The notes under the pieces: model-generated
The model's database searches: none
What the model saw: only the letters and a program-made list of their open reading frames with translations
What the model was told of the DNA's origin: nothing
In this document: positions 24,823-37,400 of the stretch, piece after piece
Layout: every line of letters begins with the position of its first letter
How positions within the stretch are numbered: position 1 is the first letter of the stretch
NCBI GenBank assembly: GCA_001949185.1
Contig: BDGG01000004.1
Coordinates: forward strand, 4,373,777-4,437,776
From: Ramazzottius varieornatus
Lineage: Eukaryota > Animalia > Tardigrada
Length of the DNA: 64,000 bases
Direction: 5' to 3'
Program-made: the position numbers and the translations under genes

Positions 24823-25853
24823 TCACAAAAACATTTTTCGCATTCCGCTTTTCTTGATTTTGGCCCTACAAACCGGACATTCTCGCTTTATGTTCACTGA
24901 GTGTTGTGCGCATAAAGTGCAGAGAACGTGTCCGCAGTTCAGGCCCATCAGCGATATTCCCTGAGTTTTGAGCTAGAAAACAGGAATTATATGAAAATAG
25001 GCCAGAACTATAGCTTTGATTCCGAAAGCTACGCAGGCAACCGCTTACCTCACGGTAGGGTTCCAGGCAGATCGGACATTCCACACTAGACTCCACTGGC
25101 GGTGGCTGGGACTGTGAAGCTGTGAGACTGCTCGCCTATGAACAAAAGATTTATGAATTTGGCAAAACTTCTGACAGGAACTATAGATAATCCTCACCTG
25201 AGTGGCGACCATGCTTTGTTGAGCGCTGTCTAGACTTCCCTGTTGAGATTCGGTCAGAATCATCGTGGCTTGTGTTTCAAAGTTCTGCGGCTGGGAAGCT
25301 TGAACGGCAGGTTCGTAGGCGACCTCGTACAGAGATGCGTCAGGGATGAATTGCGTTTGACTATCAATAGGGATGGTGGTCACATAGCCAAGGTTCGCGT
25401 CGTTCCCATCTGCAGCCAAAAACATGGGGTACATGACTACACGTACACTGTCCAGCGAGGCGACAGCGCGCCACTTCACCGTCCGGATCAAGTCACGCAT
25501 GACATCATGAACTAACAACCACTCGTAACCTTCCGATCTGTATTTCCGAAGAAACGAATAAAGCTCGACCGCTTACTCGAGCCCTCATGGGTCGTATGCG
25601 AGGTAGCTTGGCTTTGGCTATTGACTTGCTGCGTGACAGGGAAGGCTGGAAGGCGTCGGGCAACCCGGTTCTTATGACGGAGTCGCCAGCGCTCCCGAAT
25701 AGTCAGTGGCTCAGTACGCACCATATCCACTTCCGCTACATCCACCACCTCTGCCACTCGGCCTGTTGCTACGTCTACGAAAGCTGCTGCATCCGTTTCA
25801 TCCTGTCCGACAGCTGCTTCGAAAGATCTCTTGGCAGGACGCTGACTTGCCAT
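24823..25853 (-). CDS. RNF4/Degringolade-like C3HC4 RING protein (candidate SUMO-targeted ubiquitin ligase)
   Basis: Exons 25853-25577, 25511-25198, 25135-25049, 24972-24823. The extreme C-terminal RING VECPICLEPYRE|LKTQGISLMGLNCGHVLCTLCAQHSVNIKRECPVCRAKIKKSGMRKMFL has RNF4-like spacing and a terminal aromatic-aliphatic pair. The N-terminus has SIM-like FVDV and EVVDVAEVDMV. Confidence 0.75.
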
Positions 25854-26171
25854 TGTGCAAGCGGAGATTGTGACTCGGGAATCAGCTGTTTTCCGAACCC
25901 TCGGCTATCGATGCAATACAGTCTTACAAAACTCGACTACCAACAGCAAAACTCCCCGGAAGCTAACGTCGAGTATTGCAGTGATCTGTAGACGGTAGAC
26001 CTGCGTTGTACGGAAATCAGAAGTACAAAGAGGTCGCTCTTGCCCCGGAAGATGTGAAGGAAAGTAGAACTTTAGAATCGGATAATCGAGATCCGCAAGC
26101 TGTTGTTGTTGTTGTTGAATCAAAAATAAAAAAATCAACGTTTACACCAGTGTGTGACGTAGTCGCCGCAC

Positions 26172-26179
26172 TGACGTCA
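26172..26179. promoter_or_regulatory. CRE palindrome (TGACGTCA) about 320 bp upstream of the RNF4-like start
   Basis: Exact TGACGTCA, with a TGACGTA half-site about 17 bp away, in the short intergenic region. Function untested. Confidence 0.3.
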
Positions 26180-26378
26180 CCACTGCGACGGGAAAATGTA
26201 TGGACGTAGGACTCAAGTTGGGTCGTGAAAGCATCTGGAGAGCTTAAAACAACTTATGCAGGCTGACCACTAGGCACAAGCAGGAACAAATGACATGTAT
26301 CGTTTAGAGAGAATATCCTGTAACTAACTGGGATTTCAGACTATAACTATAAGTTATCCATCTTTTGTCCGCTGATCC

Positions 26379-29300
26379 CTACGTTTCTTCTGCGCGCTGT
26401 TTCCTAGCTTTGACACGTAGTTGGAAGTCCAGGGAATCGACTTGCATACGGTATCTTTTGGAGAACTCGGGATAGAGCCTTTGAACCAGCTGAATGTCTT
26501 TCAAAGCTGTCGGGATAAGGTTGAGCTGGGCCTGCAAACACGGATTCCCTGATTAGAGCATCCCGGGTCAAAGTCCGACTTAGCTTACATGGCCAACTGC
26601 GCGATTTAATAATGCCGGAGCCCCGAACGTTCGGTCCCGCTCCTTGATTACAACATCGTAGAAACTGATGGCCTGAAAAAATGCAACCTTGTCGTTTCAG
26701 ATGTTGAAACCCTGGCACCTCCGAGGCATTCGAGTACCTTGTTCGCACTGCTGAAAAGCAAATAAATGCCACCGATCAGAAATCTAATTTCCATGTTGAA
26801 CTTTTCCAAGTTACAAGCTTTGGCGAACGAATGTCCGGCATCCCGAGGTTTCTTCATAGCCTGAAATAGAACTTCCTTCAAGCTACACAGGCTTGAGACA
26901 GAAGTCGAACAAACGGTCTTACCAGTCTTATGAAGCCGAAAGCTAAAAAGAAGTAAGCATCGGCGAAGGCAGAGTTCGCGACAGCCTCTAGTATGCCGAG
27001 AGCTCGCGCATGTTGTGAGGTAGCGAACAACGTAATGCCCAGGCCAGCGTATGCATGGATCCGGAGTAATTCATCTGTAATTGAACACACTGTTCTCAAA
27101 TTCGCTGCTGGGGACATACTTATAGTACAGAAAGGGCAGATACCTACCAACAAGGACTTCCTTGCCTTCAGCGGGTTCAGGCTGGGTGTCCGAGGGTTTC
27201 TTTGGTGTGTGGAAAACCTCGAACATGACTCGAGCGGCAGAGGGTTCCCCTGCCCACCAAAGAGCCACTCCCAGGTTGAGCCGAGTCAGCGGATGCACCG
27301 GATAGCACATTATAATTCGCTGCAACACTTGACATGCCTTCGAATATGAATTGGGGTCCGCTTGATCAAACAGCGAGAGACCATACAAAAGCTAAAACGG
27401 AATTGTACTGTAGTGGGATAAATTAAAACCTTTCAAAATTATGATACGTCGCCAACCAGAAAAAGAGCGCACGACGGCATACCCAGACTGTTGGATTTTC
27501 ATGTAGAACTTCCTCGTATTTGCGTAACAACCGAGTGACATAAGAGCGCCCTTTGAATCTGGAAAAGAAGCCAGGCTTGATAAATAAAAGATAATCTGAG
27601 AAGTACAAAAGAGTCTTGGTACTTACGACCAAGCTATCAAGGCGAGTGCCTTCACAAGGTGTGGGTTCCCAGGGTTTCTTCGAAGCAGGACTACATAATC
27701 GTCAAAAGCTTGAGAATACATTTCCCACTTGTAAAACACCCATCCTCGGATCACCAAGAGCTACACAAGAAAAAGAGTTCGTAGAGCTACTATTGCACTG
27801 TTTATGCATATGTCATGTTAAAAACAGAAAGAATTATCACCAACTTACCCAGTTGAACCTGGACCGTCGCTTCAGTTTTACCGTCAGAAGGAAGCTCGAA
27901 AGAGCCTAGAAAAGATAAATAGAATCAGCCGAGCTGCAGACCTACAAAATGCTGCTCTGACATCAATTACCGTTTCGTAGCGGTGAGCAAGAATCGCGAA
28001 ATACCCGTAAGCTGCCCAGCAGAGTGCACGTTGAGGGTAAATATCGCAACAAAGCCGCGCGTCCTTCATGGCACTGTCTATCCTCCCTAATTTTGCTTTC
28101 AGGGCAGCGCTGCAAAACAATAAGTTTTCTCTGTTCTCGGAGGTGGGTATAACCGATGCTTGAGGCGTGAAGGAGTACCGGAAGAAATACGCCTCATAGA
28201 ATTTTGGTGCTAATTGGATGACGCGCGTAAGACAAGTAAGAGCCTTTCGGAGGTCTTTCTCATTGTAGTACGCACACCTGGCCCGGGCATACCAGATCTG
28301 CAACGTAAAATAAAAACGAAGAGCTGGGGACAATGGATCTTTGTATTATCAAGGCATTCAGAAGGTGGAACCGTACGAACTGATTGCTGGGGAAACGACT
28401 GGATAGTTTGTCAATAACAACCAAGGACCATGGCTTCTTCGTCCACTTGATGTTTCGGTTGAACTTCAGAAAAGCCAACCAAGTAACGAACTGGAAGAAA
28501 GGACAGAACGATCAGCGTGATACATTTCGTTGCGCCGACTTTCAAATGCGGATGTACTGAACCCTGAGATCGTCTTTCCATCGCGATCGTCCTTTCTGAC
28601 AAAGCTCATAGGCTCGACCGTATGACTGAGAGCGGACGCTTTCCAATATATCCATAAAGGTGAGCGTTTTGTTGTCGCAACGAATCCCCAGAACAGCCGG
28701 TCGCACAAACCTCTGGTGGAAACAAAAAATCTGCGAAGACTTGTAACGAACAGGAGACTGCATAAAATGCTGTATACCCTAATTTGACGGCACTGACGGG
28801 CGCATTCGGCCGACTTTTCAATCTCTCCGGTGCTCCAGAATAACCGAGCACAGAACATCAGGGTTTTGGGGTCGAATAAAAGCTCTAGCGGGTCAATTTG
28901 CTCCAGTGACCGGTAGGCCTGTCATGAAGAAAAAGACATGACCTATGAACGAACCATCGGTTTTTCGCACTGAGGGACGTCACAGGGACTAACCTTTGGG
29001 ATGTCGTTCAGTAACACATTGCAATAGACTGTCAAAAGCCTGCCAGTCCTTGAATCCTCTGATTCCGCAAGGTAAGATCTGCAAAAAATTCAGCGGGGCA
29101 TCTACCGTGCTCTGGGTGTTATCAGTTTGAAGACCGGGAAGTGATCGAAGAAGGGATACTGTAAGCATTCATATACATATGCATCTTACCTGAAGTACTG
29201 CTCGCTTCTCAGATTCTCGCCCATCCGCCTAAGACAAACAGCCTAGAGAGAGAGAGAGAGTAAAGTTCTTCATGTATTTTCTTGTTTGAAAACTTGACCG

Positions 29301-32300
29301 AAAAGCCACAAGCTCTGTGAGAAATTCGGAACAGTATGTACCCCAAACAGGAAGAAGTTAACATCAGTGCACATGGCAATGTTGGAAGCCTCCACCCAAA
29401 TATCGTAGGCCATGGGATACTGTAAACCATCAAGCGTGAAGTCTTTCGGTTGGTCCTGATTCATGACCGCACAAAGAAATAAGATTTTCACGTACCTACT
29501 TGCTGTGTGCGAAACAGCAACAGCGCCAATGCTCGAGATGCGCTGTATCTCACCATCCGGGTTTCTTCTTCGACTGGGAGAATCGTTAAGGCCAAGGCAA
29601 AATACGCAATTGCACTAAAACAGTGAAAAATGTGCTTCAACTAAACAATGTGCCTGATTCACGGTGTTAACCTCAAAATCAATTACCGGAAGTACCGCTG
29701 CTTGTAAAACGAATAGCACGCGAAAGCCAGCGCGCTTTGAGGAGTAAATCCGATCATCATCACAGATGTCCGCAAATCGCCCATCGCGAAATCATAGCTG
29801 TACGTAAAGGGCCCATACAGTCTCCAACTTTTTCAAGATGTTATTCGTAAGCGTTTAAAAGCTACGTATACTATGGCTTACTAATCTTGCCCTATCCGGA
29901 AGTAACAAAGAGCGCGCCGTAAATAAGCCGCTCCGACCTCTGCTCGATTCAGGCGATCTTCGATACCCAGCGATACTGCGGTATCCAGAGCAGCTTGTTC
30001 AGGCTCTCGTCTAGCATAAGAAAGAGTACATTCATAAAGCAAGGTTGCTTTGATGAACCGAAGATGAAGAGTTACACTATACATTTTCTCGAACGATGCT
30101 CGTTTCATATAGGCTTCCGCATCGGACGGGAAGAACTTCAGCCAAGTTCGGATACATTTCCAGGTGTCGCTTAAAGTGGTGCTACTTGGAGGCTCCTCAA
30201 AATAGTTCTTTAGGTCTGCTCGACGGCTTTCAAGGTTTGCGCTACTGAGCTCAGATACCTCCGCAGACCCAAAAGACCGGGATCGAACTGCGCATTCAGA
30301 TAAACCGCGATCGCGCGCTCCCTCGAATCTGCGACGAAGTTTCTCATACCGTCTTTCCAGTGATTGTGTACGCTCAACAACAGTGCGTGGCACGAAGAAA
30401 GCTATTCTTCCTTGACGTCTTCTCAACGCCACATCTTGAAACATCGAGCTCTTCCTTCTGCTGATGAATTTGCTCTTCTGAGCTACCAGCGACGGAGGCG
30501 AGTGAAGATTTGCTGCTTGAGTCCTGCTGACAATTTGGACGGGAAAAGCTCCTTGCTTTGGTTTCTTGGCCTTCTTCCGGTGCTTGCCCTTGTTTTTGTT
30601 CTTCTTCGCTTTTTTGTTTTTGCTAGCGTCTGCTATGAGTGACAGTCCCTGGTACTGCAACTTCCGAGTTTGGGCTTCTAACTGGTGCCTGTAGAAGAAC
30701 AACACCAATCGCGGAGAAATCTAATAACAGACGCACAAATGTTTAGTCTCATGATTCGATGAACATAACTCACTGCTTACGCTGTTGTAAAAGTATCCTT
30801 TGTCGAACAATCTCCGAAAAGGAATTGTTGGTCTTCACCAGAGCAGAAATTGCGGAGATCATTTGTTGTCTTTGTCGCGTTTTCAGTTCTGCTTTGACAG
30901 CCAGGAACGTGGTGCGGAAATCAGGATCGGCCGAGAAGCCTCTAGACGGAATTGTATCTGGCTCCGTCACAGGCGGTTCGCTGCTGTGCCGACGCATAGC
31001 AGGCTTCTTGCTACGACTACGGGACTTTCTTTGTTTGTCCTTGATGGAGGAACTCTTGGAAGGTCTGGATGGTTCGGCGGATGTAGGAGCGAATGCAGAG
31101 GGGTGCTTCATCTTAAAGATGGCATGGTCTCGGATTCTCACTGTATCCTCATCGTCGTCGGTCCTCGTATACTTTACCCGCACAGTTACAGGCTCTTCGT
31201 ACTTCATCGGACGATCTTGCATGAATCCGAGGTCGTAATCAGAGTCTGCGGCGGCAGCATTATTCATCCTCTCGCTGGCTTGTTCGTCGGCGGGATCTTC
31301 ATTGGCGACCCCGGTGTCGCGCCTGGCGTGCGAACTAAGATGGATCTGTAGGACCTCTAACTCGCCAACCTTGCCCGCTTTTTCGGGCACCTTGGAGTCG
31401 GTAGTGATGTTCTCATCGAATGCAGAATCTCGAGCAGCATCTTGCGAAATTCTTGCACTTTGTGAAAATATTCTTCCTTGTGCCATAGTTGTCTCTTGAT
31501 TGAGAGAAACTTCGTGCTCTTTTGAGCCAAGAACGCTTTTCTGACTACCACGGAAAACCTTTCCAGCGTTTGGTACGTTAGAAAGACCGAAAGTATCGTC
31601 GGTGAAAACTACGTTACTACTGGTGCCATCGACTGTGCCAGCGTTCTCCCCTTTGGTGTCAGTTTTCGGCGGCAGCCCGTTCCCCTTTTCCGAAACATTT
31701 TCACGGTTTTGATCTTTCTCGTGGACCAACGACACAAGGGGCTCCGGAAAAGATCCATCCTGTCCTCCGGGCACCGAGGTATTTGCATTTTCACCTTGCT
31801 GTGTGAGCAGAGCGATTTTCGGTGTATTTCCCACTTCTTGAGTCCCCAACCGTTCGGCGAGTACTGATCCAAGTGGAACATCTTTGCTGTCAGGTTGTCT
31901 GGCTTCATTAGACACTTCTGGGGAAATTTTGTTCCAGGTAGGTCCCAAGATCACTTCTGGTGCGCTATCTATGGTCTTCATCGCTGCCACCAACCCATTT
32001 TTGGCTGCATCTTGGATCAGCTTGGCGATTACCAGCGCGGATTCGTCTAGATCCTTATGGAGCTCCTTAAACCCCGGGTGGTTCATTACTACAGACGTCT
32101 TTCGAATAAAGTCTTCGTTAAGCGGCACCATAGCCTTACCCACACGAACCATGGGCGGCTTGATGCTTGGGTTGTACAGATGCTCGAACTTCTTATCCGC
32201 ATGCAGCAGATGGGCCACAACGTTGGTCACCGAATGCGTATGTCGGTGTAACATGCTAGCAGGCATGTGTTCCTCGAGACGGTGAAGAACTTTGTGACCA

Positions 32301-33527
32301 GGAGGAACTTGGTCGAGGATGGATTCTGCGGGTGCGGCTTGTGCGAGAGCGTCATAACGATGCTGAAGGTAATCCTCCGGCTGCCACGTCTTTGGCCGTC
32401 GTAGTGCCGTATGTCCGTGAACATGCAGGTGATGGTTGTGCAGATGCGCCTAACAAACATTAATGAGTAGAGCAGTATTTATAGACAATCCCAACTGGGA
32501 AGCCAAGGGCACCGACTACCGAACTTACGGGAACAGGCTCGAGAAGTTTTGTCTTCCGTCTCAATCGATACAGTGGCCAGAACTTTCTGGCGCTCCAGAT
32601 TTGGTTCACGATCCAGTTCGGCACCTCAAGTTTGTCGTTTGGCTTGTCGAGTTCACGTCCGGCAGTATGCTTAGCATGGCGGACAGAATGGTTCAAGTTA
32701 TGCTGTAGTGTCTGCCGGAGAACTTCTTTCGGGTGTCGATACTTATCTCGACGGTGGTGGCGATGATGAGCAAGGTACTTCTCCGCCCATTTTTCTTTCG
32801 GCGCATCTAACTTCCAGGTCTTTGTGTAACATGAAAATCTCCGATCCCTCCGAATGTTGTCATCAGTGCTCTCGTCACCGCTGGTGTACGACTCTTCTCC
32901 TTCGGTCGAACTCGAAGACCAAGAAGCGAAAGAATGGTCCGACTGCGGAACGCCGACTTTACTTGGTGTAACCATCCCGCGACCCCGGATACCTCGACGG
33001 ATATCCCTGTCATACTCTCGGTGGTCGTGATGGTCATACAGAACGTGATGCTTTGCGTGCGCTTTATCAGCTAGCTGCCGGAACAAGTCCATTCGTTCCC
33101 GGCGAACTTGACTGCGAGTTTTCGCCACTGGAGGATCGACTGGCTTCTGCAACTTCAAAGCCTTTCGGGTGCTTTGTTGTAGGTTCGTCATGGTGGTTTT
33201 TGATGGTCTAGCTAGCTTCGAACCAAAGTAAGCATCCTTCTCCGTGAACTCAGCAAGCCCTCCCACTGACAGCCGCGAGACCTGCGGAGGTGGCGGAACA
33301 ATGTCCGGTTCGTACCCGGATGAGAAGTGTCGCTCCTCATAGCCGTATTTTTCGATCCTGTCGAGCGCGGCTTGGAGTTTGTCCCGATCACTAACCTCAG
33401 GTACCCCAAACCGTCTCTGATAAAACTGTGGCGCCAACGGCCTGAAAATATCAAATGCGTAATTATTACTATCCCTTCGTTTCCTCTTGAAAGAATGCCT
33501 AAGAACATCTGCCGCGTCGCCAGACAT
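26379..33527 (-). CDS. Large TPR-repeat protein with long low-complexity N-terminus (TTC6-like architecture)
   Basis: Long exons 33527-32529 and 32449-~30773 join in frame to ~30688 onward. Many short exons follow down to a stop at 26379-26381, carrying TPR-like helices (AEAYMKRA, AAYLRRALCYFRIG, WYARARCAYYNEKDLRKALTCLTRVIQLAPKFYEAYFFR, HAYAGLGITLF, ALLNRAVGH). Not every internal exon was resolved, and the start is uncertain because of the adjacent inverted repeat. Confidence 0.78.
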
Positions 33528-33725
33528 AGCGAAAGACTAATGACCATCGAACTGAAATCATTCTTTCAGCAGGTTGGTCATAGCCTCTGGGACCGATTAG
33601 ATGGCTGCGCCATGGTTACATCTACCACGAGTCGTGAAGAATGATATCGGTTTGATGGTCATTAGTCTTTCGCTACGTCTGGCGATGCGGCAGATGTTCT
33701 TGGGTATTCTTTCAAGAGGAAACGA
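33477..33725. repeat. 89-bp inverted repeat (82/89 identical) with 71-bp loop, overlapping the TPR gene start
   Basis: Arms 33477-33565 and 33637-33725, plus a 30-bp direct repeat at 33460-33489 and 33726-33755 (1 mismatch). Confidence 0.95.
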
Positions 33726-34065
33726 TAGTTATTACTATCCCTTCGTTTCCTCTTGTCCACGACTTCGCCAATTGCACTTCGCCAACCACATCCCAAGCGA
33801 ACTCTTTGGCCCATCAGAGATCGGGAATTGGCATTCCAGCAAATGTCAGAAGAGAGCAGTAAAACAGCGCTATTTCGTTCACTAACCCGCAGGGTTGCTG
33901 GACTATTACGTGCTGCCCTCCATGTCGTTTGGATCAACAGAACTATATTTACGTACTGTAAATATTCGCTGCATCCGCGCAGTATACGACACGTACGTGC
34001 AGATGCACCCCTGTTGGGGTCGCACAATTCGTTTAAAACGGGACCGGGGCTGTACTTCGGTTATA

Positions 34066-34226
34066 CAGTGTACGACAAAACTAACCGCTAAAAATGGGCT
34101 GTAGCTGGGATTATTTACGACTCGGCCAATGAAAATTATATTTTGCTGCATGCGCAAATTTCATTGGCTTCATCCATCTGGTTCCATCCAACACCCATTT
34201 TGAACGGTTTATATTGTCGTACACTG
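34066..34226. mobile_element. Tc1/mariner-like MITE (161 bp)
   Basis: TA|CAGTGTACGACAAAACTAACCGCTAAAAATGGG ... CCCATTTTGAACGGTTTATATTGTCGTACACTG|TA, with an additional internal inverted repeat GCCAATGAAA/TTTCATTGGC. Confidence 0.8.
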
Positions 34227-34471
34227 TACGATGATGTGTTGCGCGGGTGCAGCGAATAATCACATTACAACATGGCACGATATACCGTATGATTTTGTGG
34301 ACGTAGCTCTCTGCTAACCAACTGTGATTTAGCAATAAAGGGTAGGTACTGGATGACAGGTGAGGCTAAAAAGAGATAAGCCCTACGGTAGATACACATG
34401 TGACAACAAAATAGTGCAAAACAAAGATACGAGCACCAAGCTCGATTCAAATACTAAGCCGGAAGAAAACA

Positions 34472-37400
34472 CTAAGCCTGCGTTTCCCGTCGACCAAAGT
34501 TCCTGGTTGTTCTAATTGGGCTGCCATTCGTACCATTAGCAGGCTTGGCGTAGACTGGGCTACTGGTTACAGTCTTGGTCACGTATGTAACTCCATTGCC
34601 GGCATCGGCTTCCAGCGTGCTCTTCTTTGACGGCGGGCTCGGACTGTCACTGTCTGTCGACGGTATCACCGTCTTTCTGCAAGAAGGCAAGACTCTGATT
34701 ACAATAATCAGCCTGCGGCATTGAATTAGAATACTCACGTGACAGTCTTGTAGACTTTAGTTTGTGGTCCCGGTGGCTGATAGATCATGGGTTGACTTCT
34801 AGCTTGTGGGTCCCCTTGCTCCTTCTTTTTCTTGCTCAAACAGAGCAGCGTGATGGCAATGACGGGAATGAGAACTGCCAAGACGATACCCATTGCTGTT
34901 CCGGCAACCCATCTCGACCACTCTCCATAAGCTACGGAAAGAGCAGTAGATCAGATCATGCGTACATCCGTATATTCGAAGTGAAATTAAGGACATTGTT
35001 GTCGTGGACTTACACATGCAATAGGGTAGTTCGCCGTACGTCCATCGCTTCTCATCAGGCAAGCACTTCCAGCTGCTTGTTCCGTACAAGTAGAAGCCAT
35101 CCATACAGGAAAACTTGGTCTCAGCCCCGCTGGTGATTCTGTAACCTTCTTTGATGCCGTTCTTCGGTGTGAAGATACCGCCGCAGCTGACCACAGTCTG
35201 AAGTCCCGTGTTCTTCATCTGAGTGAACTCAATCTTGGCTCGGGCGGTGCTCTCCGCCACGTAACGATTGGCCGTCACAAGGTAGTCGTATCGACATTCC
35301 TTGTTCTCTGGACCTTGTCGACCACAGAGCTGCTCCACTTCCGCCCTGCCAAAAGACATATTTGTTTTATGTACCAAAACATTATAAAGAGTAGGTCAAG
35401 CTTACATCTTCAATGTGGTATTTGGTGGAGGCTCAATGGGCTCCTCGAAAACGGGGAACCAATCGTCACCTCGGTCGTTGTAGAGAAGATCGCCGCGGTA
35501 GATACGGTACTTGAACAGGGAACTTCCGGTAATTTCCGTATTCTGGACTTGCCCTAGAACCACAAGGATTCCGTTGAGTATCGTTTCTACTTTGGTGATG
35601 GTATAAGCCAAGAATATTTACAGGTTCTCGCGAAGTCATTGTAGATAGTCCGATCGGTAGCCATCGAGCTGATCTCAATGCCGTTGGACGTCTTCAAGTC
35701 GTCTTCCGGTATACCACTCCAGTTACCGAATAAGCCGTAAGTATGGTTCTACAAGAGTCCTCCATTAGGAACTGTTAGCGAGACGATACAAGGGAGTTAT
35801 CAAACCTGTATCTCCCGTGGAACGTAAGCGGTAGCGTGAAGATAGCCCTGTACTTCCTGGACCTCGATACCGATACCGGATGGAAAGCGGACTATCAGAG
35901 TGGACTGATCCAGGTTGGACTCCGGACTTTGAATAGAAACACCTACGCAAAGGACTCAGTGAATTACGGTACACGCTGCTGGCCTAATATTGGCCTGGAC
36001 AAAATTTCTGGCCACTGATTTCCGAATCAGCGGCTCCGCCAGCTGTATTCGCTTGCGGCTGAAACAGAACTGGTTTCACCACACATTACCGCTTTACCTA
36101 CACGAACAACCAAACATTAGCAGAGATCTTCTCAGTCATCGTAGATCCGATTTCCTTCTATATGCTTGGTTATTTTGCTAGGTAAATGCAGCTCTGATGG
36201 TAAATCAACTTCAAAACTTGACTTTTCTCGCCGGAAAAGCCTTCACTTAGGCAATCCACCACCTTATGAAGACAACCGCACGAACTGCCTTTTTTTGCTA
36301 TCCTCCGTATACTTTCGCTGTCTCTTGCTTCTGAGACCTTCCGGTATATTCCAGGCTAACCTTCCTCAAGATGGAAAAAGAAGTACGAAATAAGAAACGA
36401 AATCTGGAATGACACTGTATTCCTCATATTACACTGCGAAATTTTACTTGCTGACGCTACAGGGCTGGTTTCTGCTACGACGTGACAATCTCTGTGTTAA
36501 ACTGCCTCCAGCCCGTCCGGCCAGAAATTATGTCCAGGCCAATAGTTGGGCCAGCTGCGTGTACAGCAGATACGAAAAATCCATCAAAGTGTTAAAACTC
36601 ACCTTTGAAGGTCTGTAGTTTGATCCAGGGACGATCAAAGTAGCGAGGAACTCCGTTAACCAGTACTTGCATTCGGTATCGCCAGCGCTTGTGTGATTCT
36701 CGAGCTTGAATCTCCACTGTATCAGAATCGTTTTCTTTCATCGCAAGAGCTTTAATAACAGTGGCGTTGATCATTCCAACTACAAAAAAAGGATATAGTC
36801 CAGGAAACGGTCAGTGTGTCATGTACGGAACTTTTAGGTCAGTGAGAACTTACAGCTCGAGCGAGGTGGCTGTTCGAATCGAGCCTGGACGTTGATCATG
36901 AACTGTTTCAGGTCGGACTTCAGAAGGACAAAGTCGCCTTTTCCGTGGAAGCCGTACTGCACATTGTCAAAGGTGATGAAATGTGGGTCTCCGAAGGCAA
37001 TGGCTGCAAAAGACCCAATAGTAGTTCATAGTAGTTAGGCTGTCATCTGCAGGTATGTCAACTTCAAAGACTAGCAAAAAAGACGGATTATGACTTACCA
37101 GCTCCTGGAGGATGATAGCCAACACAATCGTGAGATACACGTCGCATCTGTCCATAGTAGTCGCAATTATCCGACCAATGGCAGCAAAAGAACCACGGTG
37201 CTGTGTCGTGGAACCAGTTGGACAAGGATGGAATCTAGAGAGACAAACGTCTTGCTTCTGACGGGGACGGAAACATGTCATCATACCTTTCTGGATTCGC
37301 GGTAAGGTATGACACCCCATGGGTGAGCTCTGTTGGGTGAGCCACCCCACTTTTTGTCGTGCGTCAACAAAAGATCCCCATCCCGATTGTAACAGCATTC

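Noticed and set aside
25905-26138. ORF with a polyQ run
   Set aside because: The run comes from a short (TGT)n microsatellite in the promoter region of the RING gene; no other coding evidence.
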